NCBI RefSeq assembly: GCF_001194135.2
Contig: NC_068987.1
Coordinates: 10,063,566 to 10,127,565, forward strand
Source: Octopus bimaculoides
Taxonomy: Eukaryota
DNA: 64,000 nt
Reading direction: 5' to 3'
Shown: positions 38,821 to 52,964 of the stretch, one piece after another
Numbering within the stretch: the stretch's first letter is position 1
Layout of the letters: each line of letters starts with the position of its first letter
Notes under the pieces: generated by a model
Told to the model about the DNA's origin: nothing
Databases searched by the model: none
What the model saw: only the letters and a program-made list of their open reading frames with translations
Made by a program: the position numbers and the translations under genes

Positions 38821-39289
38821 TAAAAAGCTTTATATAGATAGTCAGAAGTTTAAGACAGATGAATACAAATCTAATTTTTTTCTAGACAACACTTTTACAC
38901 TAAGATTTGGTTATTCAACGCTAAATACATTAACTGTCAGCCAATAAATCCTTATCTATGCGAATAGATTTTGGGATTAACAAAGAAAAGGTTGAAGTAC
39001 AAAGACATAACCGAATGTAAGTAGTACCTGGAAATTCAGAAAATGCTTCTAAAGATTTATTGGCTTCATAAAATACCAAGATCTGAATGCTTAAAAGGGC
39101 AACACTACCAAAGAATCTTAATCCTTTTATGCCAGCCATAAACGATATTTGTGCAAGTGGACCTCGTGTAAAAATACTGTAGATTACAAATACGAAACAA
39201 ATATTAAAGAAAGAGGGATTTAAGCTTCAGAGGTGTGATGTAGCAACAAAATGGCAATATTTTATTAGCGTTCCATCTCTTATCTTTTA

Positions 39290-40140
39290 TTATTTCAATC
39301 ACTTGAAGCAGCGAGCTGGCAGAATTGTTAGCACGCTTGACAAATTGCTTAGCGGCATTTTTTTCCGTCTTCACGTTCTGAATTCAAATTGCGCCAAGGT
39401 TGACTTTGCCTTTTATCCTTTCGAGATCGATAAAATAAGTACCAGCTGAGTACGGGGGTCCATGTAATTTACTTTACTCATCCCACAAAATTGCTGGCTT
39501 TGTACCAAAATTTGAAACCTTTATTTCAGTCATTGAAAGATCGTGAACTGGCAGAATCGTTGGCACGCCGTATAAAATGTTTAGCGGCGTTTCGTCTGTT
39601 TTTACGTTGAGTAAATATTTTTAGTGAATTAAAAATGTCATCCTTTCGGATTCAGTCGTTAAAATAAGAAGTCGTTAAAATTAAATCTGGGGGTTAATGT
39701 AATCAACTTAATCCTTCCCCAAAAATGTCAGGCCCTGTGCTTATTGTAGAAAGGATCGTTTCAGTCATTGGATTGCGACCATTTTGAGATACCACCTTGA
39801 AAGGTTTAGTTGAACAAACCAAGCACAGTAATACTTTAAAATTTTAAATTCTAGTACTTATTTTACGAGTGTCTTTCGCAGGATTGTTATGTTACGGTGA
39901 CGTAAATAAACCAACACAAGTTGTCAACTGGTAGAATACAAACACAAAGACACAAATCCCTGTTGACATGATAAATGAAGGAATTCCACACGGTCTCCGT
40001 CTGACAAATACATCCACAAAACATTGGATGGCCCGGACTATAACGGAAGACGTTGTCCTAGGTGCCATACACTAGGATTGAACCCGAAACAACGTGATTG
40101 CAAACCGATTTTCATAAAAGCACAGCCATGCGTACGCCGA
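39290..40140. mobile_element. Two SINE B copies (+) nested in the tail of a diverged SINE A (-)
   Basis: B copies at 39307-39520 and 39538-39755. A tttca(g/a)tca motif recurs near 39293, 39523 and 39759, and the A body continues to about 40140. Confidence 0.65.
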
Positions 40141-40458
40141 GAGTAATGTTTGTAATTTATGATAAAATCTGTGTGTGAATGATCCGATATTTATAGTATT
40201 GTCTTTAAGTATTAAGAAAACCTATTGTGATTTTCTTGAAATGAATAAAATATTATTGTATAATATTGAAAGATATGTATTATATATATATATATATGTA
40301 TATACGTGTGTGTGTGTAACGTAAAAATGCAATATTAATATATTTTTCTGTTCACTTTCAGAATTAATCAACGGAGCCAGTTTATTTCTTCCCATACAAG
40401 ATGATACCAGTGCACTCTTTAGTTGAGATATATGTATGTATATATATGTACATATATT

Positions 40459-40502
<44 letters not shown>

Positions 40503-41664
40503 NNNNNNNNNNNNNNNNNNNNNNNNNNNNNNNNNNNNNNNNNNNNNNNNNNNNNNNNNNNNNNNNNNNNNNNNNNNNNNNNNNNNNNNNNNNNNNNNNN
40601 NNNNNNNNNNNNNNNNNNNNNNNNNNNNNNNNNNNNNNNNNNNNNNNNNNNNNNNNNNNNNNNNNNNNNNNNNNNNNNNNNNNNNNNNNNNNNNNNNNNN
40701 NNNNNNNNNNNNNNNNNNNNNNNNNNNNNNNNNNNNNNNNNNNNNNNNNNNNNNNNNNNNNNNNNNNNNNNNNNNNNNNNNNNNNNNNNNNNNNNNNNNN
40801 NNNNNNNNNNNNNNNNNNNNNNNNNNNNNNNNNNNNNNNNNNNNNNNNNNNNNNNNNNNNNNNNNNNNNNNNNNNNNNNNNNNNNNNNNNNNNNNNNNNN
40901 NNNNNNNNNNNNNNNNNNNNNNNNNNNNNNNNNNNNNNNNNNNNNNNNNNNNNNNNNNNNNNNNNNNNNNNNNNNNNNNNNNNNNNNNNNNNNNNNNNNN
41001 NNNNNNNNNNNNNNNNNNNNNNNNNNNNNNNNNNNNNTGGAAGAAAAGAAAACAACTTTTATAAAAATATTAACAAGATAGAGGAATATACCAAATATAT
41101 ATGTTGTAGGGATTCATATGTTTTTAAAAGTGTCATGATTTCTTAAGCTAAAATCGAGTTATGAGATTGAAACGGAAGGGAAAAATATTAAATTGAAATT
41201 TGGAAAGTATTTTTAAAGAACTAGGTTTGAGCGATAACATTTTGGAAGACATTTTCTTGCTAATTTTTTTCTATTTTTATTTATTATTTTCCACTTTATT
41301 TTGATTGTAATTCAAATTCCAAATGTTAAGATAGTTTTTTTTTTTTTTTGTGGCCTCAATTTTTCTTTCACTTTAATTTCAGTTTATATATATATTTTCT
41401 ACTTTTATGAATTCCATATTTCAAAGTGAAGAACTGTCACTGAAAAAATGAAATTAAGCCCGGATTCTTTTAAATATATTAGTTTCTTCCGATTAGAGAG
41501 ATTTTACAGAGATAAGGGCAATTTGATTTGCTGAGGCCTTTCCACCTACATTAAAACTATATCTGAAAGAATTGCTTTCAAATGATGATTGAAACCGCTA
41601 CTAAGAGCTTACTGTATGCTTTAAAGATTTGCCAATATTATTCAAACAATATTCCTATATATAC

Positions 41665-41879
41665 AAGGCGGCGAGCTGGCAGAAATGTTAGCACGCCGGG
41701 CGAAATGCTAAGCAGTATTTCATCTGTCTTTACGTTGAGTTCAAATTCCGTTGAGGTCGACTTTGCCTTTCACCATTTCGAGGTCTATAAATTAAGTATC
41801 AGTTGCGTACTGGATTCGATCTAATCGACTGGCATCCTCCCCAAAAATTACGGGCCTTGTCCCTAGAATAGAAACAAAT
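41665..41879 (+). mobile_element. SINE family B with a 14-bp TSD
   Basis: atattcctatatat at 41649-41662 and 41880-41893. Confidence 0.9.
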
Positions 41880-42003
41880 ATATTCCTATATATGCATTCG
41901 TTACATATTTCTCGGCTATCGGCTTTTCTTTCCTTGATGTGGTACTCTATTCTCGCTTTTCATCCTTCAGTCTTTCTCCCTTCCCTCTCTCCAACACAAT
42001 ATT

Positions 42004-42424
42004 CTTTTCTACTCTATGCGCAAGGCCCGAAATATTTGGGGAGGAAGCCAGTAGATGACGTCGACCACAGTATGCAACTGGTACTTAATTTATCGACCCA
42101 GAAAGGACGAGAGGCAAGGTCGATCTCAGCGGAATTTGAACTCAGAACATAAAGACAGATGTAATACCGCTAAGCATTTCGCTCGGCGTTCTAACGTTTC
42201 TTATTTCTTTATTGCCCACAGGGGGCTAAACATAGAGGAGACAGACAAAGGGATTAAGTCGATTACATCGACCTCAGTGCGTAACTGGTACTTAATTTAT
42301 CGACCTCGAAAGGATGAAAGGCAAAGTCGACCTCGGCGGAATTTGAACTTAGAACGTAACGGTAGACGAAATACCGCTAGGCATTTCGCCCGGCGTGCTA
42401 CCGTTTCTGCCATCTCACCGCCTT
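42004..42424 (-). mobile_element. Dimeric SINE B (type ii monomer fused to type i monomer) with a 16-bp TSD
   Basis: tctccaacacaatatt at 41988-42003 and 42425-42440 flanks both monomers together. Confidence 0.9.
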
Positions 42425-44029
42425 TCTCCAACACAATATTTCAACATCATTCTTTCCTCTCGCACAATCCCACATTTTTCGACGTTGCATGTATACCTAC
42501 AGACGCACAGACATTTATGTAAGTATGTACACACACACACACACACACACACATTACATTATCGACCAGACCATTAGGTGCTGTTATACGTTGTTATACA
42601 CCGCTGGTCAGAATGCGCTTCCAAAAGCAAAAGCAGACACAAAGACACACACACATATATAGGTACAGTATAGGAGTGGCTTCCCAATCACATGGTTCCA
42701 GGTTCAGTCCCAAAAGCCTTGTGAGGAGATTTGGCAGATGGAAACTAAGAGAAGTCCGTCGTATATATATATATATATATTTTCTCATAAAGGAGAACCG
42801 GAGAGATTATGTCTGGGTGGAGAATTATAAGAGGTATAGTACTATACAGAATACGGAAAGGATCTTCACCTCTTACATCACACCTTTCTTCCTACTTCAA
42901 CGCCGAGGTGGTATAATTTCCTGGGAGAGAAATAATTTTGCGGCTGAGGATAGCTTTACATTGTAAATTATACACATATTATATTATACCCATATAAAGC
43001 TTGAAACACGTGTACCGCGGAATCCTTTGTAGTTTTGTTGTTATTTTTTGGATTTACTATATATATTTATATATATATATATATATATATGAATATATAT
43101 TATATACATATATGTATTTGTGTGTCTGTGTTTGAACCCCCACCATAGCTTGACAACCGATGTTGGTGGACCTGGAACCATATGGTTGAGAAGCAAGTGT
43201 GTTACCACACAGCCACGCCTGCATCTATGACTATTTATTGTAATATGTTAGAGATAAGTGAAACTTATTAGTAGTACTTTGTCACACAACACTTGTTGAT
43301 AAAAATATTTATGAGAAAATATATCAAAGCTTATTGGTGAAAGTGAAACGATAGCATATTGTAAAAAAGAAGTATAGTGAAACTTTGATAAAGAAACAAA
43401 AATTCACTTTAAGCTTAAAGCTATTAATAAAGGACGGAAATTAGTTTTCACTGTAGGTGAGATGAAGTTAAGAATTAAAGGCTGGAATGGAACTGGGGAC
43501 AATATAGATTCATTTAGCAATCGTAAGAAATCAATAATCTAGAGATTTCGATGAAAATACGGCAATATTTTTTTATAATATAATGAAAGATTTGGTTGAA
43601 TTATAAATATAATTAATATAAATATGCTATAAGGGGGGAATTTTTTCGGAAATGTGTAGAAATGCAAGGAAATAACAAGGAAATTACTTGGAAAAAATAC
43701 AAGGAATATAATGGAAAATATTTGTAGCAGTACATAATTAAGGATGAAAAATGTGTGACATGTACATGAAAACTACGGAACATAAAGAAAAATATAGGGA
43801 AAATTCACGAACAAGTACATGAAAACTACAAGAAAATATGCAAGGAAAAATGTAAGAGTGGACTAAAGGAATGTGGTTGTTATGTCGAGTAGAGGTAAGT
43901 AGTAGTTTAATGAGTTGAAGGCTGAGGTTAACAACGATGAAGAAATTCTGAATGAAAGTCAACGTAGACCATCGTTTGCAAAATAGCAGGTAAGAGATGA
44001 AGGATTTCAAGGGATTCTATACATGTTTT

Positions 44030-44465
44030 GCAGCATGCCGGGAAGGAATCGTTAGAAGGTCGGACAAAATGTTAAGCGGTATTTCATCCTTTTTTTTTTT
44101 TTTTTCTTACGTTCTGAGTTCAATTTCCGCCCTGGTCGACTTTGCGTTTTATCTTTTTCAGAGTCGATAAAATAAGTACAGTTGTGTACTGGGGTCGATG
44201 TAATCGATTTATCCTCTTCCTCGAAATTGCTGTCTTTGTACCAAAATTTGGAACCAATATCATCTCGGTGTGTAAGGCAGTGACCTGGTAGAATCATCAG
44301 CACGCCGGCATTTCGGCCGTTCTGAGTTCAAATTACGTTGATGTCGACTTTGTCTTTTATCCTTTAGGGGTCGATAAAATTAGTATCAGTATATCATTAG
44401 AATCGATCTAACCGACTTCTCCACTCTCCTGAAATTGACGACCTTCTACACAAACTGTGAGACCA
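44030..44465 (+). mobile_element. Two tandem SINE family B copies
   Basis: The second copy is flanked by an imperfect 25-bp duplication, accaatat(ca/tc)tctcgg(t/c)gtgtaagg, at 44253-44277 and 44462-44486. Confidence 0.8.
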
Positions 44466-45282
44466 ATATTCTCTCGGCGTGTAAGGGATGTTTAATAACT
44501 TTTTATAAGGGCTGTTTAATAACTTTTATTAAGGGTTGTTTGCCACTCCTGCAAGAATGTTAGGTAAGGAAAGTTTCCCTTTTAGTGCAGTTTTATACAC
44601 GATAAGTTATTCCTCTACGAGAAGGAGTGAATACACCGACTGGTATTTCAGACACCGATTATGAATGTATTGTGTGAAAACATCGCTTCGGGTGAATACA
44701 CAAATATATTTCTGACACTGAAAATATTCTGCTATACGGAAAAGAAAGTTTTTAAGATGCACCTTATGTACGAAAGCATGAAATTCTGTCCAGTGTTTCT
44801 GTGCTTGGTGCCATAACAATGCAATGTTATAATTTTTGCCTGCTTGTCCATTAAATACTGGCTGAGAGATGAATGCTTAAATTTTGTACTGAGTAATAGA
44901 ACAGTGAAAGGCATTTGACTAAAGTAAAAAATGTGCTCAAAGCAACAGCTGGACAAGACTCTACGTGACAATGTCTTCTTCAATAGCACCGACCTTCCTG
45001 ATCTCTGGTAAGCAAATTAGACATCAGCTACTACGAAGAAAGAAGAACAACGATTTGCTACGACACAGAGAGCCAAATTAGATTCATATTAGAAATACTG
45101 TTGCTGAAAAATATATGAAGCAAAGAAATTTGAGAATAGATTGAAATGAACGATGTGATCGAGGAATACGGATATTCCGGTGCGCCGGACAATATCCCAG
45201 GGTTCACAGACATGAAGTGAACTGGGACAGGTGTCAACTAGTATCCAAGAAGTCGGAAAAGAGCATTGCTTGAGACACAGGG

Positions 45283-45455
45283 GCAACCGGTGTTGGTGTG
45301 CTTACGTCCCTGTAACTTAGCGGTTCGGCAAAGTGATCGATAGAATAAGTACCATGCTTAAAAAAGTACCAGGGTCGATACATTCGACTAAAAGCTCTTC
45401 AAGGTGGTGCCCCAGCATGGCCGCAATCTGACTGAAACAAGTAAAAAATAAAAGT
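45283..45455 (+). mobile_element. SINE family A, 3' half
   Basis: caaccggtgttggtgtgcttacgtccctgtaacttagcggttcggcaaa...cagcatggccgcaatctgactgaaacaagtaaaa. Confidence 0.85.
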
Positions 45456-46674
45456 TGAAAGTTTCGAAGCTTAGTAAGTAAAACGCTGAGAATCAGTAAT
45501 CTCATGTCGTAATTACAGTGTCATGTTATGTAACGAAGTGCAATTCATTTATTACAATTTAAATTACGAAAACTTTATATGAAAAGTATAAACTAAACGA
45601 CAACCAGATATAATGTAATGTTTTAGTTCAGAAGTGATTAAAAGAAGTCATATATGCTTAATTAAATGGAATTCTGAATTTAAGTATATGGTTATTGGGA
45701 AATAGAATATCAGTAAGTAATTTAGTCTTATCAGCTAATTTTCAGATTAGAAAAAAAATTAATATTATTATCAATTGTAATGTATTTAATGTAAGTTCAG
45801 TAATTAGAAAGAAGCTACTGCAGTATATAAAAAATATGCTATCAGCACAGAGTTTGTTTATTGCACATGTATATTTTATGTGTTTTACGATTACAAGACG
45901 TAATACTTTCCGAGTTTCTATTAATATCGAGTGCTTCCACAGCACATAAACTGCATATATAGTGTTAATTTACCAGATTTGTCCTTAGGAAAAAGGGAAA
46001 AAATAGTATTTGTTGACTGGTGGCATTAATGTCCTTAAGCTTCCAAATACAGTTGGATATCTATGCTGCATTTCTCTTTCTGAGTTTCGGAAAGTATTGA
46101 GTGGCATGTAAAATAAAACTCAAATGTGCTTTTGTTTGCGGACACAATTGACTGAAGAAGATAGGAACATGAACTGAACAGAGAGTGTTGACAATGATAA
46201 TTGTTATAACGATAGGTGCTGGAAAGAAAAATTATCGAGATCAAAACACTGCTTTGAGTTTAAATGATGGAGTTTCAGTCGCGCATACGCTCAAACGTAT
46301 ACACGCGTGCACACCAATATACATTGACAGTCGTCTTTGAAAAGAAAAATATATATTTTCAAACAAAGAATTACAATAGTTTAACGATCTCTTGCTTTAA
46401 GTTCACATTTCGAGACCACGCTGGTAGGTAGCTAAAGTTAAGTGACAAAACAGCTTCAAAAATAGTTCTTTTATTTTCATTTCGCTAAGTGTTCATTTTA
46501 AATGTTAGTAATGTGATTAAATGGAAAGAGTCAACGAAAATCAATCAGTTTGGAAACACTTTGACGGTCGTATTAGGAAAAAAGACTGTTTCAATCAAAC
46601 AAGAAACAATATTTTATTCATTCATATAAAAGAATATATATATAGATATATGCACACACATACATATCTATCTA

Positions 46675-46735
<61 letters not shown>

Positions 46736-46984
46736 NNNNNNNNNNNNNNNNNNNNNNNNNNNNNNNNNNNNNNNNNNNNNNNNNNNNNNNNNNNNNNNNN
46801 NNNNNNNNNNNNNNNNNNNNNNNNNNNNNNNNNNNNNNNNNNNNNNNNNNNNNNNNNNNNNNNNNNNNNNNNNNNNNNNNNNNNNNNNNNNNNNNNNNNN
46901 NNNNNNNNNNNNNNNNNNNNNNNNNNNNNNNNNNNNNNNNNNNNNNNNNNNNNNNNNNNNNNNNNNNNNNNNNNNNNNNNNNNN

Positions 46985-47045
<61 letters not shown>

Positions 47046-47504
47046 ATGTGTTTGCATACGTCTGCGAAGGTGCCTTTGTGCGTGTGGGTTTGCATACGTC
47101 TGCGAAGGTGCCTTTGTGCGTGTGTGTGTGTGTGTGGTGTGTGTGTGTGCATGTTTGAATTAAATAAAATTGTTACATAAAACTTTCGTACGCCTAAAAA
47201 CTACATCTGATTATTACTTTCACATAATACATCTGATAAAAACGGTATCAATACTCGAGAAAAGAATATTAACTAGAGAAAAAAGAGAGTGTCGACGGAC
47301 CTAATTTGAGTGCAGAACAATTAGAAGCTAAAAGGAAGCAGATCTATTTTCCAATGCAACATATAGAGGCAAATATGTAGGCATATAAGCACACGTGTGT
47401 TGTGTTGTGTGTGTGTTTGGAAAGTTGAACCAAAAGCTCTTGCACAAAATACTCTGTACGAAAACTTTCGCAAACGTTTACAAATATTTATTTAAAAAAA
47501 TATT

Positions 47505-48308
47505 CTTACCTTTTTATTCGCTGCACTCATTTGGCTGCGGCCATGCTGGAGCACCGCCCTAAAGGGTGTTTTAGTCGAAGTAATCGACTTACTCTTTGAA
47601 AGCCTAGTACTTTTATATCATGTAATTTTTGCCGAACCGCTAGGTTGCTGGTTAGTAAACACATCAACATCGGTTGTCAAGCGATGATGGGGGAAGGGAC
47701 AAACATAGACACAAAACACACACATAAAATTACACACACACACATATATATTTACGACAAGATTCTTTTAAGTTTCCATCTACCAAGTCCACTCACATGG
47801 CTTTGGTCAGCCCGAGGCTATAACAGAAGTCATTCGCCCAAAGTAACGCGTAGTGGAACGGAACCCGGAACCATGTGTCCGTGCTGCGTGTGTGTGTATG
47901 TGTGACTAACAATCAATTTTGGTTTGTTTACATCACTGTAAAAAAAACAAACAAACAGAAAAACGATAGCCTAAGTACTGGGATTGATCTGTTTGACGAA
48001 AACCTCTTCACGGCGATGCACAACCATGGCTGCAGTCCAGAGACTGAAACAAGTAAAATATAAATGATTCACACACACACAAAGTCCTACACACACTTCC
48101 TATTATAGGCACGAGGCCTGAAATTTGGAGGAGGGGGATAATCGGTTAGATCGACCCCAGTACTCAACCGGTACTTAATTTATGGATCCCAAAAGGATAA
48201 AAGGTAAAGTCGACCTCGGCGGAATTTGAACTCAGAACGTAACGACGGGCGAAATACCGCTAAAAATTTTCGTCTACCGTGCTAACAATTCTACCAGCTC
48301 GCCGCCTT
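47505..48308. mobile_element. SINE cluster: A(-), A tail(+), B(-)
   Basis: A minus at 47505-47880, A plus tail at 47880-48060, B minus at 48103-48308. Confidence 0.75.
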
Positions 48309-48735
48309 CTCATATATGCACACATTCACATATATGTGTATGTATATTCATATAAAATATCTGGTTGTTCATGGTTTTTCTTTTCTGTACTTTAATATCT
48401 ACTCTGTTTCCCTCTTTTATGAAAGTTAAATGAAGTTAATTGAAATACATCACAATCTTTACATATTCATTAAATTACATTTTTGTTTTTTTCTTTTTCT
48501 CGTTTCACCCATAAATTCCTCACTTTGACTGAATCTCTTCAGCACGTGGTAATTAGGTGTCGATTTATTACATTATTTGCATTACAAAAGAAAACATTTT
48601 GGAAAAGAGAAAAGTGGGAGTCAACAGCTGCCTGTAGAATATAATTGGTTGAAGTACTTGGCCAAGAAAAAGTCGTTTTAGTTCTGAGTTCATTAGCTGT
48701 GTAGAAAGAGAGGTAATTTGAAATATAAACTGGTT

Positions 48736-48868
48736 GGTTGGCACTCCGTCGGTTACGACGACGAGGGTTCCAGTTAAGGCGATCAACGGAACAGCCTGCT
48801 CGTGAAATTAACGTACACAGACGTGTGTACCCTTAACGTAGTTCTCGGGGGAGATTCAACGTGACACA
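48736..48868 (-). mobile_element. SINE family C, 3' fragment
   Basis: Reverse complement of the 12190-12320 and 60655-60790 sequence. Confidence 0.85.
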
Positions 48869-49624
48869 TTTGTAGCATCTGCAGCAAACTGTTGCTGTGC
48901 TGTATCGAAACTATCAGATTTTCGAATTTCCTCGCAACTTCGATATGAGAGAAAGTGAGCAACTCTCGATGTCGTTAAATTGTTATTGTTTCTTATCGCA
49001 CACTCTCCACTTCTTATTATCTCGGAGAGAGGGAAAAACCAGAAGGAAATAGATAAGAAGTGGGATACTCAAGAAATAAAAAACGCATTTAGATAACTCA
49101 CATGTTCGATCTCTGAATAACCGGAAGTGCAGCTCATATATATATATATATATATATGTATTAATCAGGAGAAAATATTCAGGAGTGAATAGATATTAAT
49201 ATTGCTATTATTATCGACGGCAATATAAATAGTTGATAATAACACCAACATTAATATAGGTGGTTGCAGGCCTGAAATAACATTATGTGGCTATATGTAG
49301 CTACTGTTAATTCTGTTATTATTTTCAGTCTTATTTTGGGTGGATTGAATGAGGATTCTACCTCTTATTTCTAGCAGGTAGATGCATTCGTGTATCCTTA
49401 TGATTGATATAATATATATATATATCATTATTGGGACGCGGTGATGAAATTTCAGTTTTCAGACCGAATTCTTTTTCATGCAATTAATGTAAGTGTTTTA
49501 CAGGCACGTAACTTTTGATGCAATCTTTAGAACGAATTTTAATAGCATGATACAATTCAAGAAGGCTGGCTCGTTTCGAATTATTTGTATATTCCTGAAA
49601 AGTAGATACAGAAGAAATCTCCTC

Positions 49625-49828
49625 AAATGCTGGAATTTTATTAATCGACCTTCGAGAGAATAAAAGGACAAATTAGGTCTCGGTGGATTTTGAACTCTGA
49701 GAGCGGAATGCCAGTAAGAAGACCGCAAGGTATTTTCAACGACATTCTAACGTTCCTGCCAATTCGCCATTCTCATAAACTTCTACAAATCATGCACACA
49801 CACACACACACACACACTCGTGTGTGTA

Positions 49829-49899
<71 letters not shown>

Positions 49900-52047
49900 C
49901 GCACGTCATGTAGTTGACGGGAACCGCTCGATATTGTTCAGTAATTATTATATGTTCATACGAAAGCCAATTCCTCTATTGAACGCAATAACATCGATAG
50001 ATTTTCCTAAAGCCTGAATAGGACAACATTTTCCTGGAAATGTTACACACCTGAATAGAAATATGAACGTGAATGTTGGTCATCAATAATAAAAGTGGGA
50101 GAATTGTATTTCCACCTGATTATGAAACCAGAATGACCAATTGTAGACAAGGCGCCTGCTTGGCGTGTACTAACGAGAGCTGCTTTTCTACATCAAGTGC
50201 AGTTCCGTAATACTTTTGTTTATTTATTTATTATAGAAAAAAATCCCTGCTTTTTTATTTCATGCACGTTTTTTTCGTCAGAAAATACCGTTACCTGTAG
50301 CATTGACATATTCTAGAGTTTAAACTACAATAAAACATTGGCTTGCCAATTGTTTTCATTTTTTTAATATTGTGTGGGAGTTTTTTTGCGTTGGGTTGGG
50401 CGAAGGCATTTCGAATTCCTTTCGTTGTGTTATTTTAGAGACAGTATAACTGATGAACGATACAAAGCTTGCTTGCAAAACGTGGAGGTCACGACATTGT
50501 GTATACGTCGTGCAATTTCAAATTTAAAAATCTGTGAATATGATAACACACGTCAGGCAGCGAGCTGGCAAAATCGTTAGCTCGCCAGACCAAATGCTTC
50601 GTAGCATTTCGTCTATTCCTGAGTTCAAATTCCGCCTAGGTCGACTTTGTCTTTTATCCTTTCACGGTCGATAAAATAAGTACCAGTTGAGCCCCGGGAT
50701 CGAAGTAATCGATTGGCCTCTTCCCCAAAAAGTTCTGGCCTTGTTCCAAAGTTATAACGAAAGTTCTCGTTACCAGTTGAGGAATGGATCAGTAGAACAG
50801 ATTGCTTGTGTCATCTTTTCAGTCACTCTAAAATATAATTTTTTTTTTCTAGTATAAGTACAAGGTTTGAAATTTGGGGGCAGGGGAATAGTTGATTACA
50901 TCAACTCCAGTGTTCAACTGGTATTTATTTTATCGACCCTGAAAAAGTGAAAGACAAAGTTGACCACGGCGGAATCTGAACCCAAAATTCGCCTCGCTAA
51001 AATATATAATCCTTTCAACTATCGGCACAAGGCCTGAAATTTTGGGGGAGGGAACCATTCGATTACATTGACCGCAGTGTTTCACTGGTACTTATTTTAC
51101 CGACTCCGAAAGGATGAAAGTCCACCTCGGTAGAATTTGAACTCAGAACCTAGTGACGTGCTAACCATACTGCCAGCTCGCCGCCATTGCTGAAATATAT
51201 AATGGCAGATAATGTGGTTGAATGACGTCACATGATGTTCCCAGTTAAATAACAGCAAAAAGTGATTTCGCATCAGAATAGAATCGGAAATTGCTCGTAG
51301 TTTCAACTCTTCAAAATCTAATCTTTTGGTTTTAGTCGTCAGCTGTATGACCCTGTCCAATTGATGAATATCTCCTTAATTTTCAAATCTGTCATGCCAA
51401 CAACTAAAAGATGACACCATGATATCTTGATAAAATTGCAGTTTTGCTCACAGTCGTTTGAATCGACTCAGTACTTGACTGGTGCTATATTTCATTGACC
51501 GCCAAAGCTAAAAGACAACGTCGACTACGACAGAATTTAAACTCAGAATGTAAAGAGTCAGAAGAACTGTTCCGAAGCACTTTTTTTTTCAGATGCTCTA
51601 ACGATTCTGCCAGCTCACCGCCTTTACGGTAATCCCGCACAATATCGCGGTTTATTATTTAATCTTATGTCAAGGCAGTGAGCCTGCAGAAACGTTAGCA
51701 CGCCAGGCGAAATGTTTAGCGGTGTTTCGTCTGCCTTTACGTTCTGAGTTCAAATTCAGCCGAGATCGACTTTGCCTTTCATCTTTTCGGGGTCGATACA
51801 CACACACACACACTACTAACACTTGCCATTTTGGGGTCAGATCTTGGAACAAGGCCAGAAATTTCGGAGTAGATGGTTAAGTCGATTACATCAACCCCAG
51901 TATGCAACTAATACTTATTTTATCGATCCCGAAAGGATGAACGGTGAAGTCGAGCTGTGTGGAATTTGAGCCCAGGACATAAAGACGGACGAAATATCAC
52001 TAAGCATTTTATCCGGCTTTCTAACGATTCTGCCATCTCACCGCTTT
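49625..52047. mobile_element. Dense cluster of seven SINE B copies in mixed orientation
   Basis: 49625-49770(-), 50556-50755(+), 50850-50985(-), 51008-51187(-), 51465-51625(-), 51673-51797(+), 51850-52047(-). Confidence 0.8.
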
Positions 52048-52890
52048 GCCAGTCGATAAAAGTTTCAGAAATTTCATCAACACTTCAACCAGTGCACCGC
52101 CCTTGATGTTAGTAAATATTAATGATGTTTTCTCATGGTTAATTAGATAAATAATCGTTCCCTTTCTAAAATATGGAAATTATTTTATATCAAAATTAAT
52201 TGCCATGAAACGTAAATTAACCGTGTTGTTTATACATTGTTTCTTAAAGAATCTGACATCATTGAAAAAAGTGGTAATTTATTCGCTTCCAGTCGTTTCA
52301 TCTCTTCTATGAAAATACTATGTTACCACATGTTAGTATCAATTTTCTTTTATCTAGAAGAACTTACCTCTTTCATTATCATTCCATAAAGTAAATGGAC
52401 ACACTAATTACCTGCATCATTTAATTAAAGAAATAGTATTTCACTTTTAATATGATAAATAATTCCTTACTTCTTTTTATTACCAGACGTGTTCTTTTTG
52501 AGGCGGTAGTTTTATTTTTAAATATATTACGGTTATAAATTTTCTATTTCTTTACATTCTTAGTTCAAATCTTGTCGTTACCAATTTTGTCTTTAGTCCT
52601 CCGGAGCTATGAAATGAATATCAGTCAGGTACCGACATCGACTTTTGGGCCCTTCTTTAAATTCTGTGGCTTTTGTACCAAGTCTAGAACTCATTTTAAT
52701 AATTTGCACTTGCTACAAATAGCACTGAAAGTTACATTCGAATTTTGTTGAAAACACGTAAATAAATATGGAATTACGTAAATGTCGTATTTGATGTCAT
52801 ATATAAGACACGCTTTTATTTCCTCAAAAAACGGGTTCTGTACGCATAAGCTTCGTTTGACCCTAATGCTCACAACTAGTACTACCACTG

Positions 52891-52921
<31 letters not shown>

Positions 52922-52926
52922 TAGTT

Positions 52927-52964
<38 letters not shown>

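Noticed and set aside
44550-45280. Complex non-SINE sequence possibly from a decayed element or exon (also 56150-57900 and 2330-2790)
   Set aside because: No recognisable motif series, long ORF or paired splice sites could be found by eye.
47051-47124. Short perfect tandem duplications (36 bp here; 15 bp x3 at 5176-5220; about 68 bp at 11991-12123)
   Set aside because: Slippage products next to simple repeats with no sign of function.
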